From assembly GCF_030538755.1 (NCBI RefSeq), contig NZ_JAUNTJ010000018.1, forward strand, positions 1,637-65,636: a DNA stretch of 64,000 nucleotides, given 5' to 3'. The DNA comes from Paracoccus sp. (in: a-proteobacteria) (GTDB lineage Bacteria; Pseudomonadota; Alphaproteobacteria; Rhodobacterales; Rhodobacteraceae). Numbering within the stretch: position 1 is the first letter of the stretch; each line of letters starts with the position of its first letter. Of the stretch, positions 29,183-39,972 are shown piece by piece. Made by a program: the position numbers and the translations under genes. Under the pieces are notes generated by a model that worked only from the letters and a program-made list of their open reading frames with translations, searched no databases and was not told where the DNA came from.

Positions 29183-30553
29183 TCAGGCGACTTCGGCGAA
29201 CACCTTGTTCAGCGCCTGTTCCAGCTTGTCGAACATCTCGTCCATCTGGTCTTCGGTCAGGATGAACGGCGGGCACAGCACAATCGACTGCCCCAGCGGG
29301 CGGCAGATCAGACCCATGTCGGTGCAGGTATTGGCGATGCGCTCGCTGACCGACAGCTTGCCGTCGAACGGAGTTTTCGTCGCCTTGTCCTTGACCGCCT
29401 CAAGCGCCCACATAAAGCCGATGCCGCGCACCTCGCCGATATTGTCCGACCGTTCGGCAATCGCGCGCAGCCCCGCCTCGAGCCGGGGGGCCAGACGGCG
29501 CACGTTATCGGCCAGCCCCTCGTTCATGACGACATCAATGGCCTTGAGCGCAATCGCACAGCCGACCGGATGCCCCGAGGCGGTAAAGCCATGCGGGAAT
29601 TCCTCGATCTTTTCGACCGCCGCATCCATCCGGTCAGACAGTTCCGGCCCAAGGATGACCGCGCCCATCGGGAACAGCCCTGCGGTCAGGTTCTTGGATG
29701 AAATGATCGCATCGGGGACAAAGCCATAGGTCTCGCAGCCCCAGGTGTTGCCGGTGCGCCCGAAACCGCAGATCACTTCGTCGGAAATCAACGGGATGCC
29801 GTGTTTCTGCAAAATCGGCTGGATCGCCTGGAAATAGCCCTCGGAGGGCGGAATCACCCCGCCCGCGCCCATCACCGGTTCCGCAAAGAACCCGGCGATG
29901 GTGTCGGCCCCCTCGCGCGCGATCACCTGCTCCAGCTCGTCGGCCAGCCGCCGGGTGAACTGCTCCTCGGTCTCGCCCTCGTTGCCAAAGCGCCAGTAAT
30001 GCGGGCAGGTCAGGTGGATGAACCCGTCCATCGGCAGGCCGAACACCTCGTTATAGGGCTTGCCGGTCATGCTGGCGGCAACGGCGGTGACGCCGTGATA
30101 GGCGTTCCAGCGGGTCAGGATCTTGCGCCGCTTGGGGTTGCCCTCGCTGGCGTGCAGAAACCACAGCATTTTCACCATGGTATCATTCGCCTCGGACCCC
30201 GAGTTGGTATAGAAAACCTTGCCGCGCGAAAACGGCGACACCTCGATCAGCTTTTCCGACAGCAGCACCGTCTGATCGGACATTCGCCCGAAAAAGGCGT
30301 GATACCCCGGAAAGCGGTCGTATTGCGCCTTGGCCGCATCGGCCAGCCCCTTGTGATCGAAGCCAGCCACCATATTCCACAGGCCAGAGTTCGCATCCAG
30401 ATAGCGTTTGCCATTGGTATCAACGATATACGGGCCTTCGCCATGCGTCACCACCACGGTCCCGCGCTGATGCACGCTGGGCAGATCGGTGAAACCATAC
30501 ATGGAATATTCTTCGGCGCGGGCTTCCCAGCTTTGCGGCTTGACCTCGGTCAT
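29183..30553 (-). CDS. Class III PLP aminotransferase; omega-amine:pyruvate transaminase of the Vibrio fluvialis JS17 / Paracoccus denitrificans type
   Basis: KPQSWEARAE.YS.YGFTD.PS.HQRGTVVVTHGEGPY, DANSGLWN, DEVICGFGRTG and SSKNLTAG (PLP lysine). Ends FDKLEQALNKVFAEVA. Confidence 0.92.
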   Translation of the reverse strand: MTEVKPQSWEARAEEYSMYGFTDLPSVHQRGTVVVTHGEGPYIVDTNGKRYLDANSGLWNMVAGFDHKGLADAAKAQYDRFPGYHAFFGRMSDQTVLLSEKLIEVSPFSRGKVFYTNSGSEANDTMVKMLWFLHASEGNPKRRKILTRWNAYHGVTAVAASMTGKPYNEVFGLPMDGFIHLTCPHYWRFGNEGETEEQFTRRLADELEQVIAREGADTIAGFFAEPVMGAGGVIPPSEGYFQAIQPILQKHGIPLISDEVICGFGRTGNTWGCETYGFVPDAIISSKNLTAGLFPMGAVILGPELSDRMDAAVEKIEEFPHGFTASGHPVGCAIALKAIDVVMNEGLADNVRRLAPRLEAGLRAIAERSDNIGEVRGIGFMWALEAVKDKATKTPFDGKLSVSERIANTCTDMGLICRPLGQSIVLCPPFILTEDQMDEMFDKLEQALNKVFAEVA

Positions 30554-30678
30554 CTTTGGCTCCTGTCGGATAGGTTTCGCTCACGCTACCCCCGCGTGAG
30601 CGCCCGTTCAATGGGCGGCAGCGGCAGCGGGCAATCTGCCTGCCGCGCGGGAAAATCCGCCGCAAAACGCCGCCGGGA

Positions 30679-30831
30679 TCAGACAGATCGCCGCCCCGCA
30701 GGCAAGCCGATCTGCTCACGCACCGCCTCGATCCCCGGCGGAATAGCGCCCGATCCGGCAACCAGCGCATCGAACCGCTGCCGCAACGCCGCCGCCGGGC
30801 CGATATTCGGGGTCAAGGGCAGATCGTCCAT
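30679..30831 (-). pseudogene. 50-aa ORF, probable internally deleted TfoX/Sxy C-terminal-domain gene
   Basis: [13 protein letters not shown]|[29 protein letters not shown]... with AAGGA RBS. The ends resemble, from memory, the ends of Rhodobacteraceae TfoX_C proteins, and the middle is missing. Confidence 0.45.
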
Positions 30832-30894
30832 GGCATCCTTTGCATTGCAGCGCGTGTTGTTGTATCAGGCCAGCTTACCCAAGGAACCCGCCCC

Positions 30895-32199
30895 ATGACA
30901 GACGCGCCGAAAAAGCTGTTCATCAAGACCTATGGCTGCCAGATGAACGTCTATGACAGCCAGCGCATGGCCGAGGCGATGGCCGCCGAAGGGTATGAAC
31001 TGACCGAGGATCAGGCGCAGGCAGATATGGTGCTGCTGAACACCTGCCACATCCGCGAAAAGGCGGCGGAAAAACTGTATTCCGACCTGGGCCGGCTGAA
31101 ACCGCTCAAGGCGGAACGCCCCGACCTGAAAATCGGCGTGGCAGGCTGCGTGGCACAGGCCGAAGGCGCGGAAATCACCCGCCGGATGCCGCTGGTCGAT
31201 CTGGTCGTCGGGCCGCAAGCCTATCACCGCCTGCCCGCCATGGCCCGCGGCGAGGCACCGGCCATCGTCACCGACTTCCCCGAGGAAGACAAATTCGACC
31301 ACCTGCCACCCCGCGCCACCCGCCGCGCCCCGGCGGCGTTCCTGACAGTGCAGGAAGGCTGCGACAAATTCTGCGCCTTTTGCGTCGTCCCCTACACCCG
31401 CGGCGCCGAAGTCAGCCGCCCCGCCGCCCGCATTCTGGCCGAGGCACGCGATCTGGTCGCGCGGGGCGTGCGCGAAATCACCCTGCTGGGCCAGAACGTC
31501 AACGGCTGGCACGGCGAAGGTGCAACCGGCTTTGGCGACCTGATCCGCCAGATCGCCGACATCGACGGGCTTGACCGCATCCGCTATACCACCAGCCACC
31601 CCAACGACATGGCCGATGACCTGATCGACGCACATCGCGACGTGGCCAAGCTGATGCCCTATCTGCACCTGCCGGTTCAGTCAGGCAGCGACCGCATCCT
31701 CAAGGCGATGAACCGCAAACACACCGCCGAGGATTACCTGCGCCTGATCGACCGCATCCGCACGGCCCGGCCCGACATCATGCTGACCAGCGATTTCATC
31801 ACCGGCTTCCCCGGCGAAACCGATCAGGATCACGCCGACACGCTGCGCCTGATCGAACAGGTCGGCTTTGGCACCGCCTTCAGCTTCAAATACTCGCCCC
31901 GCCCCGGAACCCCGGCCGCCGGGCGCGACCCCGTTCCCGATACCATCACCGACACGCGCCTGCACGAATTGCAGGCCCTGCTGACCCGCCAGCAAAAGGC
32001 GGCGCAAAACAGCATGGTCGGCCGCACCCTGGGCGTCCTGTTCGAGAAAAAAGGCCGCGAAGCCGGGCAGATGGTCGGCAAATCCGATTACCTGCACGCA
32101 GTTTTCGTCCACGCCCCCAACGCCCAGATCGGCGACCTGCTGCCCGTGCGCATCGTCGAAAGCGCCCCCAACTCACTGCGCGGTGAATTGGTCAACTGA
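30895..32199 (+). CDS. miaB: tRNA-2-methylthio-N6-isopentenyladenosine synthase
   Basis: [20 protein letters not shown], radical-SAM CDKFCAFC and a C-terminal TRAM domain. Confidence 0.97.
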   Translation: MTDAPKKLFIKTYGCQMNVYDSQRMAEAMAAEGYELTEDQAQADMVLLNTCHIREKAAEKLYSDLGRLKPLKAERPDLKIGVAGCVAQAEGAEITRRMPLVDLVVGPQAYHRLPAMARGEAPAIVTDFPEEDKFDHLPPRATRRAPAAFLTVQEGCDKFCAFCVVPYTRGAEVSRPAARILAEARDLVARGVREITLLGQNVNGWHGEGATGFGDLIRQIADIDGLDRIRYTTSHPNDMADDLIDAHRDVAKLMPYLHLPVQSGSDRILKAMNRKHTAEDYLRLIDRIRTARPDIMLTSDFITGFPGETDQDHADTLRLIEQVGFGTAFSFKYSPRPGTPAAGRDPVPDTITDTRLHELQALLTRQQKAAQNSMVGRTLGVLFEKKGREAGQMVGKSDYLHAVFVHAPNAQIGDLLPVRIVESAPNSLRGELVN

Positions 32200-32206
32200 C
32201 CTGCGG

Positions 32207-32239
32207 CTTCCTGTTTGCCTAAATACGCATCTTCGGGCG
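32207..32239 (+). repeat. Dispersed repeat copy R5 (subfamily C, no G/C tail)
   Basis: CTTCCTGTTTGCCTAAATACGC-ATCTTCGGGCG, 7 nt after the miaB stop. Differs from R7 at 2 of 33 positions. Confidence 0.85.
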
Positions 32240-32261
32240 CGACGCCGCACCCGAAACGACC

Positions 32262-33515
32262 CTAGTCATCCTGCGAACCGGGCGCGGGGGCGACCTGCGC
32301 AACCGTTACCATCTGCGCCAGCTCAGGATCGGCGGCGACATCGGCAAAAACATATTTTTCCGTCAGCGCATCCGCCGACAGCACAACATTGCTGATTACC
32401 TGAGCGCCCGGCGCGGCTGGCCCATAGGTCTGCCCGTTCACCGCGAAATAAACCGCGCCGGAATTGCCCGTGCGCAGCCTGGGCGGCTGTTCCAGCTTGG
32501 GCAGGGTAAACCGCTCACCCGCGTCCATGATCTTTTCCAGCAGAACCGTGCCATCCGCCGAAGTCACCCGCACCCAGGCCGGGCGCGCCGCCAGCAGCTC
32601 CAGCGCGGGGGCATCGGGGGCAACCGTGCGCACGGCCAACTGCCCGGCAGGTATCTGCGGACCATAATCCATCGCCTGCGCCAGACTGGTGCTGCCCGGC
32701 AGCGCCGAACTGGCGCCGACACCATTCGCCGCAACCACGGTTTCCGCAGGCGCGGGCGGCTGTGTCAGGCCCGGATCAATGGCGGCAATCGGCCCGTCAC
32801 GCGCGGTCAGCACCGGTGCTTCCAGCACTTGCGGGCGATACAGCCGGTCCAAGCCCTCGGGCTGCGGCAGCGCGGCGACATCCAGCGGCGCATTGTCATC
32901 CAGCGCCGGCTGCGACAGCGATTGCACCGGGTCCAGCGTCGCAATCACACCCGGCGATTGCTCGCCGGGGCGCAGGTTGACGCGCTGCACCTCTTGCAGA
33001 ACGGACCAGCCGCCGTAACCCAGACCGGCCACCAACAGCGCCAGCACCAGAACCGATCCAACGGCCCGCGGCTCGACCGAGGCCCAAAAGCTTTCCTGTT
33101 GCGGAATGAACAGTGCACGCGGATTCGCCAATGCCTCGGCCGGGTCCGAGGGGCGGCGGGTCGGCTTGGGACCGGCCGCTGTCGGGGCCATGCCATGCGT
33201 AGGCTGAAACCCCGCCTCGGCGCAGAAACGGCGGAAGGTCCAATCCGGGTCCATCCCCAGATAGCGCGCATATGAGCGCACATATCCAGCGATAAAACTG
33301 GGCGTATCAAAGGCGGTAATATCGCAGTTCTCGATCGCGGCAACGTAAGAGGCGCGGATGCGCAGTTCGCGCTGCACATCCAGCAAGGACTTCCCCTTGG
33401 TCGCCCGTTCGCCGCGCATCAGATCGCCAAGACGAACGTCATCGTCGAAGAAGGCCGAACCATCCTGATCCGCCAACCCGTCATCCGCCGGGGATTTTGC
33501 CCACAGCCCGTTCAT
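32262..33515 (-). CDS. rodZ: RodZ-like protein (HTH, TM, C-terminal periplasmic domain)
   Basis: LGDLMRGERAT...IAAIE...FIAGYVRSYARYLG HTH, a single TM, and an AWVRV...LRTGNSG C-terminal domain. Confidence 0.85.
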   Translation of the reverse strand: MNGLWAKSPADDGLADQDGSAFFDDDVRLGDLMRGERATKGKSLLDVQRELRIRASYVAAIENCDITAFDTPSFIAGYVRSYARYLGMDPDWTFRRFCAEAGFQPTHGMAPTAAGPKPTRRPSDPAEALANPRALFIPQQESFWASVEPRAVGSVLVLALLVAGLGYGGWSVLQEVQRVNLRPGEQSPGVIATLDPVQSLSQPALDDNAPLDVAALPQPEGLDRLYRPQVLEAPVLTARDGPIAAIDPGLTQPPAPAETVVAANGVGASSALPGSTSLAQAMDYGPQIPAGQLAVRTVAPDAPALELLAARPAWVRVTSADGTVLLEKIMDAGERFTLPKLEQPPRLRTGNSGAVYFAVNGQTYGPAAPGAQVISNVVLSADALTEKYVFADVAADPELAQMVTVAQVAPAPGSQDD

Positions 33516-33626
33516 TCGCTCTGCCCCATTCTGCGCCTGCCGCCGACCGTCCGAATCACAGACATATCAGCTTTTGATTAACGGCAGCTTATCACGCACT
33601 TGCGAGGGCTTCACCCAAGAATCGTA

Positions 33627-34856
33627 TTATGCGCTGATTTCTGCACGGCTCAGCGCACAGCGTGACCACAACGCATCCATGCCGCGCACCAGATGGTCGA
33701 TCTGCTTGGCATCATGCACCGGCGACGGGGTAAAGCGCAGACGTTCGGTGCCACGCGGAACAGTGGGATAGTTGATCGGCTGCACATAGATGCCGAAATC
33801 GCCCAACAGCATGTCGGACAGGGCCTTGGTGTGTTTCGGGTCGCCAATCACCACCGGCACGATATGGCTGCCGTGGTCGATGATGGGCATCCCCAGCCCT
33901 TTCAGCCGCATTTTCAGGATGCGCGCGTGCAGTTGCTGCGCATTACGCAACTTTTGCCCGCCGACACCTTTCAGATAGCGAATCGAGGCCGCCGCACCCG
34001 CCGCCACCGCAGGCGGCAGCGAAGTGGTAAAGATGAACCCCGGCGCATAAGACCGCACCGCATCCATCATCTTGGCCGTCCCGGCGATATAGCCGCCGAA
34101 CACGCCGAAGGCCTTGCCCAGGGTGCCGTTGAACATGTCGATCCGGTCCATCAGACCGTCGCGTTCAGCCACACCGCCACCGCGCGGGCCATACATGCCA
34201 ACCGCATGAACCTCGTCCAGATAGGTCAGCGCGTTGAATTCATCAGCCAGATCACAGATTTCCTTGATCGGGGCGAAATCGCCATCCATCGAATAGATCG
34301 ATTCGAAGGCGATCAGCTTGGGCGCGGCAGGGTCATCGGCCTCAAGCAATTCGCGCAGATGCGCCAGATCATTGTGACGGAAGATCCGCTTGGCCCCGCC
34401 GTTCCGGCGAATCCCCTCGATCATCGAGGCGTGGTTCAGCGAATCGGAATAGATAATCAGGCCAGGGAACAGCTTGGGCAGCGTGGAAAGCGTGGCGTCA
34501 TTGGCCGTATAGGCGCTGGAAAACACCAGCGCGGCCTCTTTCCCGTGCAGATCGGCCAGTTCGGCCTCAAGCTGTTTGTGATAGACGGTGGTGCCGGAAA
34601 TATTGCGGGTGCCGCCCGAACCGGCGCCGGTGGAATCCAGCGCCTCGTGCATGGCGTTCAGCACGATGGGATGTTGGCCCATCCCCAGATAGTCGTTACC
34701 GCACCAGACGGTGATTTCGGCCTGCGTGCCATCCGGGCGGTTCCAGACCGCCTGTGGGTAATGATCCTTGCGCCGTTCGATGTCGATGAACGTGCGATAG
34801 CGGCCTTCTTCGTGCAGTTGTCCGATGGCCTGGTCGAGTGCAGCGTCATAATTCAT
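33627..34856 (-). CDS. hemA: 5-aminolevulinate synthase
   Basis: [37 protein letters not shown] and QPINYPTV motifs. Confidence 0.97.
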   Translation of the reverse strand: MNYDAALDQAIGQLHEEGRYRTFIDIERRKDHYPQAVWNRPDGTQAEITVWCGNDYLGMGQHPIVLNAMHEALDSTGAGSGGTRNISGTTVYHKQLEAELADLHGKEAALVFSSAYTANDATLSTLPKLFPGLIIYSDSLNHASMIEGIRRNGGAKRIFRHNDLAHLRELLEADDPAAPKLIAFESIYSMDGDFAPIKEICDLADEFNALTYLDEVHAVGMYGPRGGGVAERDGLMDRIDMFNGTLGKAFGVFGGYIAGTAKMMDAVRSYAPGFIFTTSLPPAVAAGAAASIRYLKGVGGQKLRNAQQLHARILKMRLKGLGMPIIDHGSHIVPVVIGDPKHTKALSDMLLGDFGIYVQPINYPTVPRGTERLRFTPSPVHDAKQIDHLVRGMDALWSRCALSRAEISA

Positions 34857-34920
34857 CTCGGGCAGTCCCTTGCGTAGCTGGCTGGGTGCGATCATTGTCT
34901 AGATCACGCGAGGTTCCGCC

Positions 34921-34934
34921 TTGATAAAGGTCAA
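34921..34934. promoter_or_regulatory. FNR-family (FnrL/FnrP-type) binding site upstream of hemA
   Basis: TTGAT-AAAG-GTCAA, one mismatch to TTGAT-N4-ATCAA, about 65 bp upstream of the hemA ATG. Confidence 0.75.
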
Positions 34935-35011
34935 AGTCGGAAAAAGACAGGGCAAAATTGCCGCACCCAGACTATTTGATGGGCATGAAAAGACTAGAGA
35001 AAGGCTCAGGA

Positions 35012-36394
35012 ATGACGGATCAGGCCAACCTTACCGCCATGCTGGACGCGCTGGACCGGGGGCAGGATGCCGCGCTGCACCGCCTGACGGAACTGCTGCG
35101 CATTCCCTCGATCTCGACCGATCCGGCGCATAAGGGCGATGTGCGGGCGGCGGCGGAATGGCTGCGGGTAGAACTGGCCCGGCTGGGCTTTGACGCCAGC
35201 CTGCGCGACACGCCCGGCCATCCCATGGTGGTGGCGCATTCCCGCCCCGGCGGCACGCGGCGCATCCTGTTCTATGGCCACTATGACGTGCAGCCGGTCG
35301 ATCCGCTGGACCTGTGGGATCACCCCCCGTTCGAACCGCATATCCGCGACAACCAGATCCGTGCCCGCGGCGCATCCGACGACAAGGGCCAGTTGATGAC
35401 CTTTATCGAGGCCGTCCGCGCGTGGAAACATGTCCACGGCGACCTGCCCCCCGGCCTGACCCTGCTGTTCGAGGGCGAAGAGGAATCCGGCTCGCCCTCG
35501 CTGGTGCCGTTCCTGACCGAAAACGCCGACGAGCTGCGCGCCGACATCGCGCTGATCTGCGACACCGGCCTGTATGCCGACGGTCGCCCCGCCATCGCCA
35601 CCCAGTTGCGCGGCCTCGTCGGGCAAGAGGTGGTGATCCGCGCCGCCGACCGCGACCTGCACTCGGGCAGCTTTGGCGGGCTGGCGGCCAATCCGCTGAT
35701 GATCCTGTGCCGCGCCCTCTCCGCACTGAAAGACGACAGCGGGCGCATCACCCTGCCCGGCTTTTACGATGGCGTGCGCGACCTGACCGAACAACAGCGT
35801 GCCGACTGGGACAGCCTGAACTTTGACGCCGGCGAATTTCTGTCGCGCGTCGGCCTGTCACAGCCCATCGGCGAACAGGGGCGGACGGGCCTGGAAATGA
35901 TCTGGTCGCAGCCGACCGCCGAAATCAACGGCCTGTCGGGCGGCTATACCGGCGACGGTTTCAAGACCGTGCTGCCGGCCGAGGCCCGCGCCAAGGTCAG
36001 CTTCCGTCTGGTCGGCGATCAGGACCCGCAGGCAATCCGCCAGGCATTCCAAGACCATATCCGCCGCTTTGTCCCCGCCGATTGCAGCGTGAGCTTCATC
36101 GACCACGGCGCATCGCCCGCCAGCCACATGGATACGACACACCCCGCCTTCGCCACCGCCCGAAGCGCACTGACCAAGGAATGGGGCCGCGAAACCGCCT
36201 TCATCGGCATGGGCGGATCAATCCCCATCGCAGGCGACTTCAAAACCATCCTCAACATGGATTCGCTGCTGGTCGGCTTCGCCCGCGACGACGACCGCAT
36301 CCATTCCCCGAACGAGAAATACGACCTCGACAGCTTTCACCGCGGCGCCCGCTCCTGGGCACGCATCCTCGCCGGACTGACCACCCCCGAATAA
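35012..36394 (+). CDS. M20 family metallo-dipeptidase
   Basis: YGHYDVQP, ARGASDDKGQ, EGEEESGS, DLHSG and HSPNEKY motifs. Confidence 0.93.
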   Translation: MTDQANLTAMLDALDRGQDAALHRLTELLRIPSISTDPAHKGDVRAAAEWLRVELARLGFDASLRDTPGHPMVVAHSRPGGTRRILFYGHYDVQPVDPLDLWDHPPFEPHIRDNQIRARGASDDKGQLMTFIEAVRAWKHVHGDLPPGLTLLFEGEEESGSPSLVPFLTENADELRADIALICDTGLYADGRPAIATQLRGLVGQEVVIRAADRDLHSGSFGGLAANPLMILCRALSALKDDSGRITLPGFYDGVRDLTEQQRADWDSLNFDAGEFLSRVGLSQPIGEQGRTGLEMIWSQPTAEINGLSGGYTGDGFKTVLPAEARAKVSFRLVGDQDPQAIRQAFQDHIRRFVPADCSVSFIDHGASPASHMDTTHPAFATARSALTKEWGRETAFIGMGGSIPIAGDFKTILNMDSLLVGFARDDDRIHSPNEKYDLDSFHRGARSWARILAGLTTPE

Positions 36395-36396
36395 AC

Positions 36397-36450
36397 CATC
36401 TTTGGTCCCCAAATATCCTCTGGGGGTCCGGGGGGCGAAGCGCCCCCGGC
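36397..36450 (+). repeat. Dispersed intergenic repeat copy R6 (subfamily A)
   Basis: CATCTTTGGTCCCCAAATATCC-TCT-GGGGGTCCGGGGGGCGAAGCGCCCCCGGC. Starts 2 nt after the M20 gene TAA. Confidence 0.9.
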
Positions 36451-36464
36451 CTTTGGGCACCCCC

Positions 36465-37523
36465 TCACCCCCAGTCGCCCACTCCACTGCCACTCAACTC
36501 GGCCAGGGTGATCCGCTCGCGCGCCAGCCGGTCATCCAGCGCCCGCGCAATATCAGCGGCCAGCGAAAATCCCTGATAAATCAGCGCCGAATAAATCTGC
36601 ACCGCGCTGGCCCCGGCGCGCAGTTTCTGCCACGCCTGCTCTGCCGAGGCGATGCCGCCGACGCCGATCAGCGGCACCTGCCCCCCCGTTTCCCGATACA
36701 GCCGCGCCAGAACGCGGGTCGAGCGGTCGAACAGCGGCGCGCCGGACAGGCCGCCCGCTTCGGCTTGCCAACGCGGTTCCAGCCCTTCGCGCGACAGGGT
36801 GGTGTTGGTGGCGATGATGCCGTCCACGCCGGTCTCGCGCGCGACGGCCGCGATGTCGGCGATCCCCGCATCGTCCAGATCGGGGGCGATCTTGACGAAG
36901 ACCGGCTTGCGCGCAGACAGTGAATCGCGCGCCGCGATCACGCCCGACAACAGCGCCGCCAAAGCATCCGCGCCCTGCAAATCGCGCAGCTTTTCGGTGT
37001 TGGGGCTGCTGACATTCACCGTCAGGAAATCGGCGGCATCCCCGGCCACCCGCACCACCTGCGCAAAGTCATCGGCGCGGTCGGCGCTGTCCTTGTTCGC
37101 ACCGATGTTCAGCCCGACCGGAATCCCCGCCGGACGCGCCGCCATCCGCGCGGCAATCGCCGCCGCACCATCGTTGTTGAACCCAAAGCGGTTGATGATC
37201 GCGCGATCCTGCGACAGCCGGAACAGGCGCGGCCTGGGGTTGCCGGGCTGCGGGCGCGGCGTCGCGGCCCCCAGCTCGACAAAGCCAAAACCCGCCTTCA
37301 TCAGCGCAGCCACGGCACGGGCGTTCTTGTCATAGCCGGCGGCCAGCCCGACCGGGTTGGGCAGGCTTAGCCCGGCGACCTGAACCGCCAGCCGGTCAGA
37401 CGTCACCGGCCCGCCGTTCAGCGGCACCAGCCCCAGCGACAGCGCCTTGATCGACAGATCATGCGCGCGTTCGGGGTCCATGCGGTGCAGCGCGGCCAGC
37501 CCCAGCTTTTCCAGCATTGTCAT
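36465..37523 (-). CDS. pyrD: Quinone-dependent dihydroorotate dehydrogenase
   Basis: [34 protein letters not shown] and GGLSG motifs. Confidence 0.96.
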   Translation of the reverse strand: MTMLEKLGLAALHRMDPERAHDLSIKALSLGLVPLNGGPVTSDRLAVQVAGLSLPNPVGLAAGYDKNARAVAALMKAGFGFVELGAATPRPQPGNPRPRLFRLSQDRAIINRFGFNNDGAAAIAARMAARPAGIPVGLNIGANKDSADRADDFAQVVRVAGDAADFLTVNVSSPNTEKLRDLQGADALAALLSGVIAARDSLSARKPVFVKIAPDLDDAGIADIAAVARETGVDGIIATNTTLSREGLEPRWQAEAGGLSGAPLFDRSTRVLARLYRETGGQVPLIGVGGIASAEQAWQKLRAGASAVQIYSALIYQGFSLAADIARALDDRLARERITLAELSGSGVGDWG

Positions 37524-37849
37524 TCCAGCTCTCCCGGATCATGCCCGCCCGGACCTTGCGGCAAGGGGCGCGACCAGATCACATCGTCCATCTGCAACGC
37601 CCGGTAAAGATGCGGAAAATCCTGCCCGCCGCGTGATTTTTCCCAAACCACGCCGCTCATGCCGGCATTGCAGGCCAACAGCATCAGATCACCCGCGCCG
37701 TGGAAATGCTTGTCCAGCGTGCCCTGCAACTGGGCCGCGGTGGAAAAATGCACGAACCCGTCGGCCAAATCGACCGGTGCCCCGGCGGTCTGGCCGTTTG
37801 CCTGCATATCAGCCCATTCAGCGGGACGAAGAACCTTGTAGATCAGCAT
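37520..37849 (-). CDS. DUF952 family protein
   Basis: MLIYKVL...[11 protein letters not shown]...[14 protein letters not shown]. Coupled to pyrD. Confidence 0.88.
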   Translation of the reverse strand: MLIYKVLRPAEWADMQANGQTAGAPVDLADGFVHFSTAAQLQGTLDKHFHGAGDLMLLACNAGMSGVVWEKSRGGQDFPHLYRALQMDDVIWSRPLPQGPGGHDPGELE

Positions 37850-37961
37850 AGCCGCATCTGTCGCCGCATTCCCGCCCGCGTCAAGCCCGTATCCGCCGTT
37901 TGACCCGCTGCCGCGACTGCGCCAATCTGTCACCATCACAACCGACAGCCGAGGAACCCCG

Positions 37962-39563
37962 ATGACCCTTCGCCTTATGGCCACGACCGCTGCGCTGGCC
38001 CTGTTCGCGGGCAGCGCGCAGGCCGAATATGTCCTGCATGTGCTGCATATCAACGACCTGCACAGCCGGATCGAGCCGATCAACGAATTCGACAGCACCT
38101 GCGACGCGGAAACGCGCGCGGCGGGTGAATGTTTCGGCGGCGTTGCCCGCCTTGCCACTGCGGTGAACCAGCTTCGCGACCAGATCCGGGCCGAGGGCGG
38201 CAATGTCATCGTGCTGGATGCGGGCGATCAGTATCAGGGCAGCCTGTTCTATACCACCTACAAGGGCCAGGACACGGTCGAGTTCATGAATGCCATCGGC
38301 TTTGACGCGATGGCGCTTGGCAATCACGAATTTGACGACGGGCCGGAAGGCGCCGCCGTGCTGGCCGATGGCGCCGATTTCCCGGTGATCTCTGGCAACC
38401 TCGACCTGTCGCAATCGAATCTGCTGAAAGGCAAGATCGACCGCCACACCGTGCTGGATGTTGGCGGCGAAAAGATCGGTATCGTATCGGCCCTTGCAAT
38501 GGACACGCCCGAAACCGCCTCGCCCGGCCCGAACGTGATCTTTCAGGATGACATCGACAGCCTGAAATCGCAGGTGCAGGACCTGACCGGACAGGGCGTC
38601 ACCAAGATCATCGGGCTGACCCACTCGGGCTATCTGCGCGATCAGGAATTCGCGGCGCAGGTGCCGGGGCTGGATGCGGTGATCGGCGGCCATTCGCACA
38701 CGCTGCTGGGCGATATGGAAAATGCCGACGGCCCCTATCCCACCATGATTGCCGGGGCCGACGGGCGCGAGGTGCCGGTGGCGACCGCCTATGCCTATTC
38801 GAAATATCTGGGCCACCTGACCCTGACCTTTGACGATGGCGGCCACCTGACCAGCGCCAGCGGCCAGCCGATCCTGCTGGACAACTCGATCCCCGAGGAT
38901 CAAGCCCTTGCCGCCCGCATCGCCGAGATGGCCGCCCCTATCGAGGAATTGCGGCAAAGGGTGGTGGCTGAAACCTCTGCCGCCATCGACGGCGACCGCG
39001 CCAATTGCCGTCAGCGCGAATGCGAGATGGGAAATCTGGTCGCCGATGCCATGCTGGACCGGGTGCGCGCACAGGGCGTGCAGATCGCCATCCAGAACGG
39101 CGGCGGGCTGCGCGCCTCGATCGACGCCGGGCCTGTGACCATGGGCGAAATCTATACCGTCCTGCCGTTCCAGAACACGCTGGCGACCTTTCGCCTGAAG
39201 GGCGCCGATGTGGTCGCCGCACTGGAAAACGGCGCCAGCCAGTATGAAGAGGCCGCAGGCCGCTTTGCCCAGGTCGCCGGGCTGAAATATACGGTTGATC
39301 CCGCCGCCCCGGCGGGCAGCCGCATCAGCGATGTGCAGGTGCAGGGCCGCGACGGCGCATGGTCGGCCATCGACCCGGATGCGGAATACGGCGTTGCCAG
39401 CAACGATTACATGCGACAGGGCGGCGACGGCTATCGCGCCTTTGCGACGAATGCGACCGACGCCTATGACTTCGGCCCCGATCTGGCCGAGGTGCTGGCC
39501 ACCTATATGCAGGTGCAGGGCGGCTATACCCCGGTGATCGACGGGCGCATCACCGTCAAATAG
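37962..39563 (+). CDS. Periplasmic 5'-nucleotidase/UDP-sugar hydrolase (UshA-like)
   Basis: Signal peptide, HINDLHS, DAGDQYQGS, GNHEFD, GGHSHT, NGGGLR and PFQN motifs. Confidence 0.94.
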   Translation: MTLRLMATTAALALFAGSAQAEYVLHVLHINDLHSRIEPINEFDSTCDAETRAAGECFGGVARLATAVNQLRDQIRAEGGNVIVLDAGDQYQGSLFYTTYKGQDTVEFMNAIGFDAMALGNHEFDDGPEGAAVLADGADFPVISGNLDLSQSNLLKGKIDRHTVLDVGGEKIGIVSALAMDTPETASPGPNVIFQDDIDSLKSQVQDLTGQGVTKIIGLTHSGYLRDQEFAAQVPGLDAVIGGHSHTLLGDMENADGPYPTMIAGADGREVPVATAYAYSKYLGHLTLTFDDGGHLTSASGQPILLDNSIPEDQALAARIAEMAAPIEELRQRVVAETSAAIDGDRANCRQRECEMGNLVADAMLDRVRAQGVQIAIQNGGGLRASIDAGPVTMGEIYTVLPFQNTLATFRLKGADVVAALENGASQYEEAAGRFAQVAGLKYTVDPAAPAGSRISDVQVQGRDGAWSAIDPDAEYGVASNDYMRQGGDGYRAFATNATDAYDFGPDLAEVLATYMQVQGGYTPVIDGRITVK

Positions 39564-39972
39564 AGGCCCCGCCATCAGGCGCGCGGAACCGCGCGTCCAC
39601 CGGCACCGACAGCGCGGTGGCCAGCGCATTCGTCTGGCTGGCCATCGCAATCACCGCCAGCAATTCGGCGTGCTGCGCCTCGGTCATTCCCTTGGCCTGT
39701 GCGGCGGCGGTATGCGAATGAATGCAGTAATCGCAGCCATTCGCCACCGATACCGCCAGATAGACCAGCTCTTTCACCAAAGGGTCCAGCGCGCCGGGGG
39801 CCATCACCTGCGACAGCCGGTCCCATGTTGCCGCCAGCAGCGCCGGATCATACGCTAGGGCGCGCCAGAAATTGTTGACGTAATCCGTCCCGCGCGCGGC
39901 GCGGATGGCATCGAAGGTGGCGCGGGCGTCGGGGCTGGCGTCGTCATCGCTCAGCAAGGGCAGCACAGCCAT
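39556..39972 (-). CDS. AhpD/carboxymuconolactone-decarboxylase family protein
   Basis: KELVYLAVSVANGCDYCIHSH (CxxC) motif. Confidence 0.9.
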   Translation of the reverse strand: MAVLPLLSDDDASPDARATFDAIRAARGTDYVNNFWRALAYDPALLAATWDRLSQVMAPGALDPLVKELVYLAVSVANGCDYCIHSHTAAAQAKGMTEAQHAELLAVIAMASQTNALATALSVPVDARFRAPDGGASI

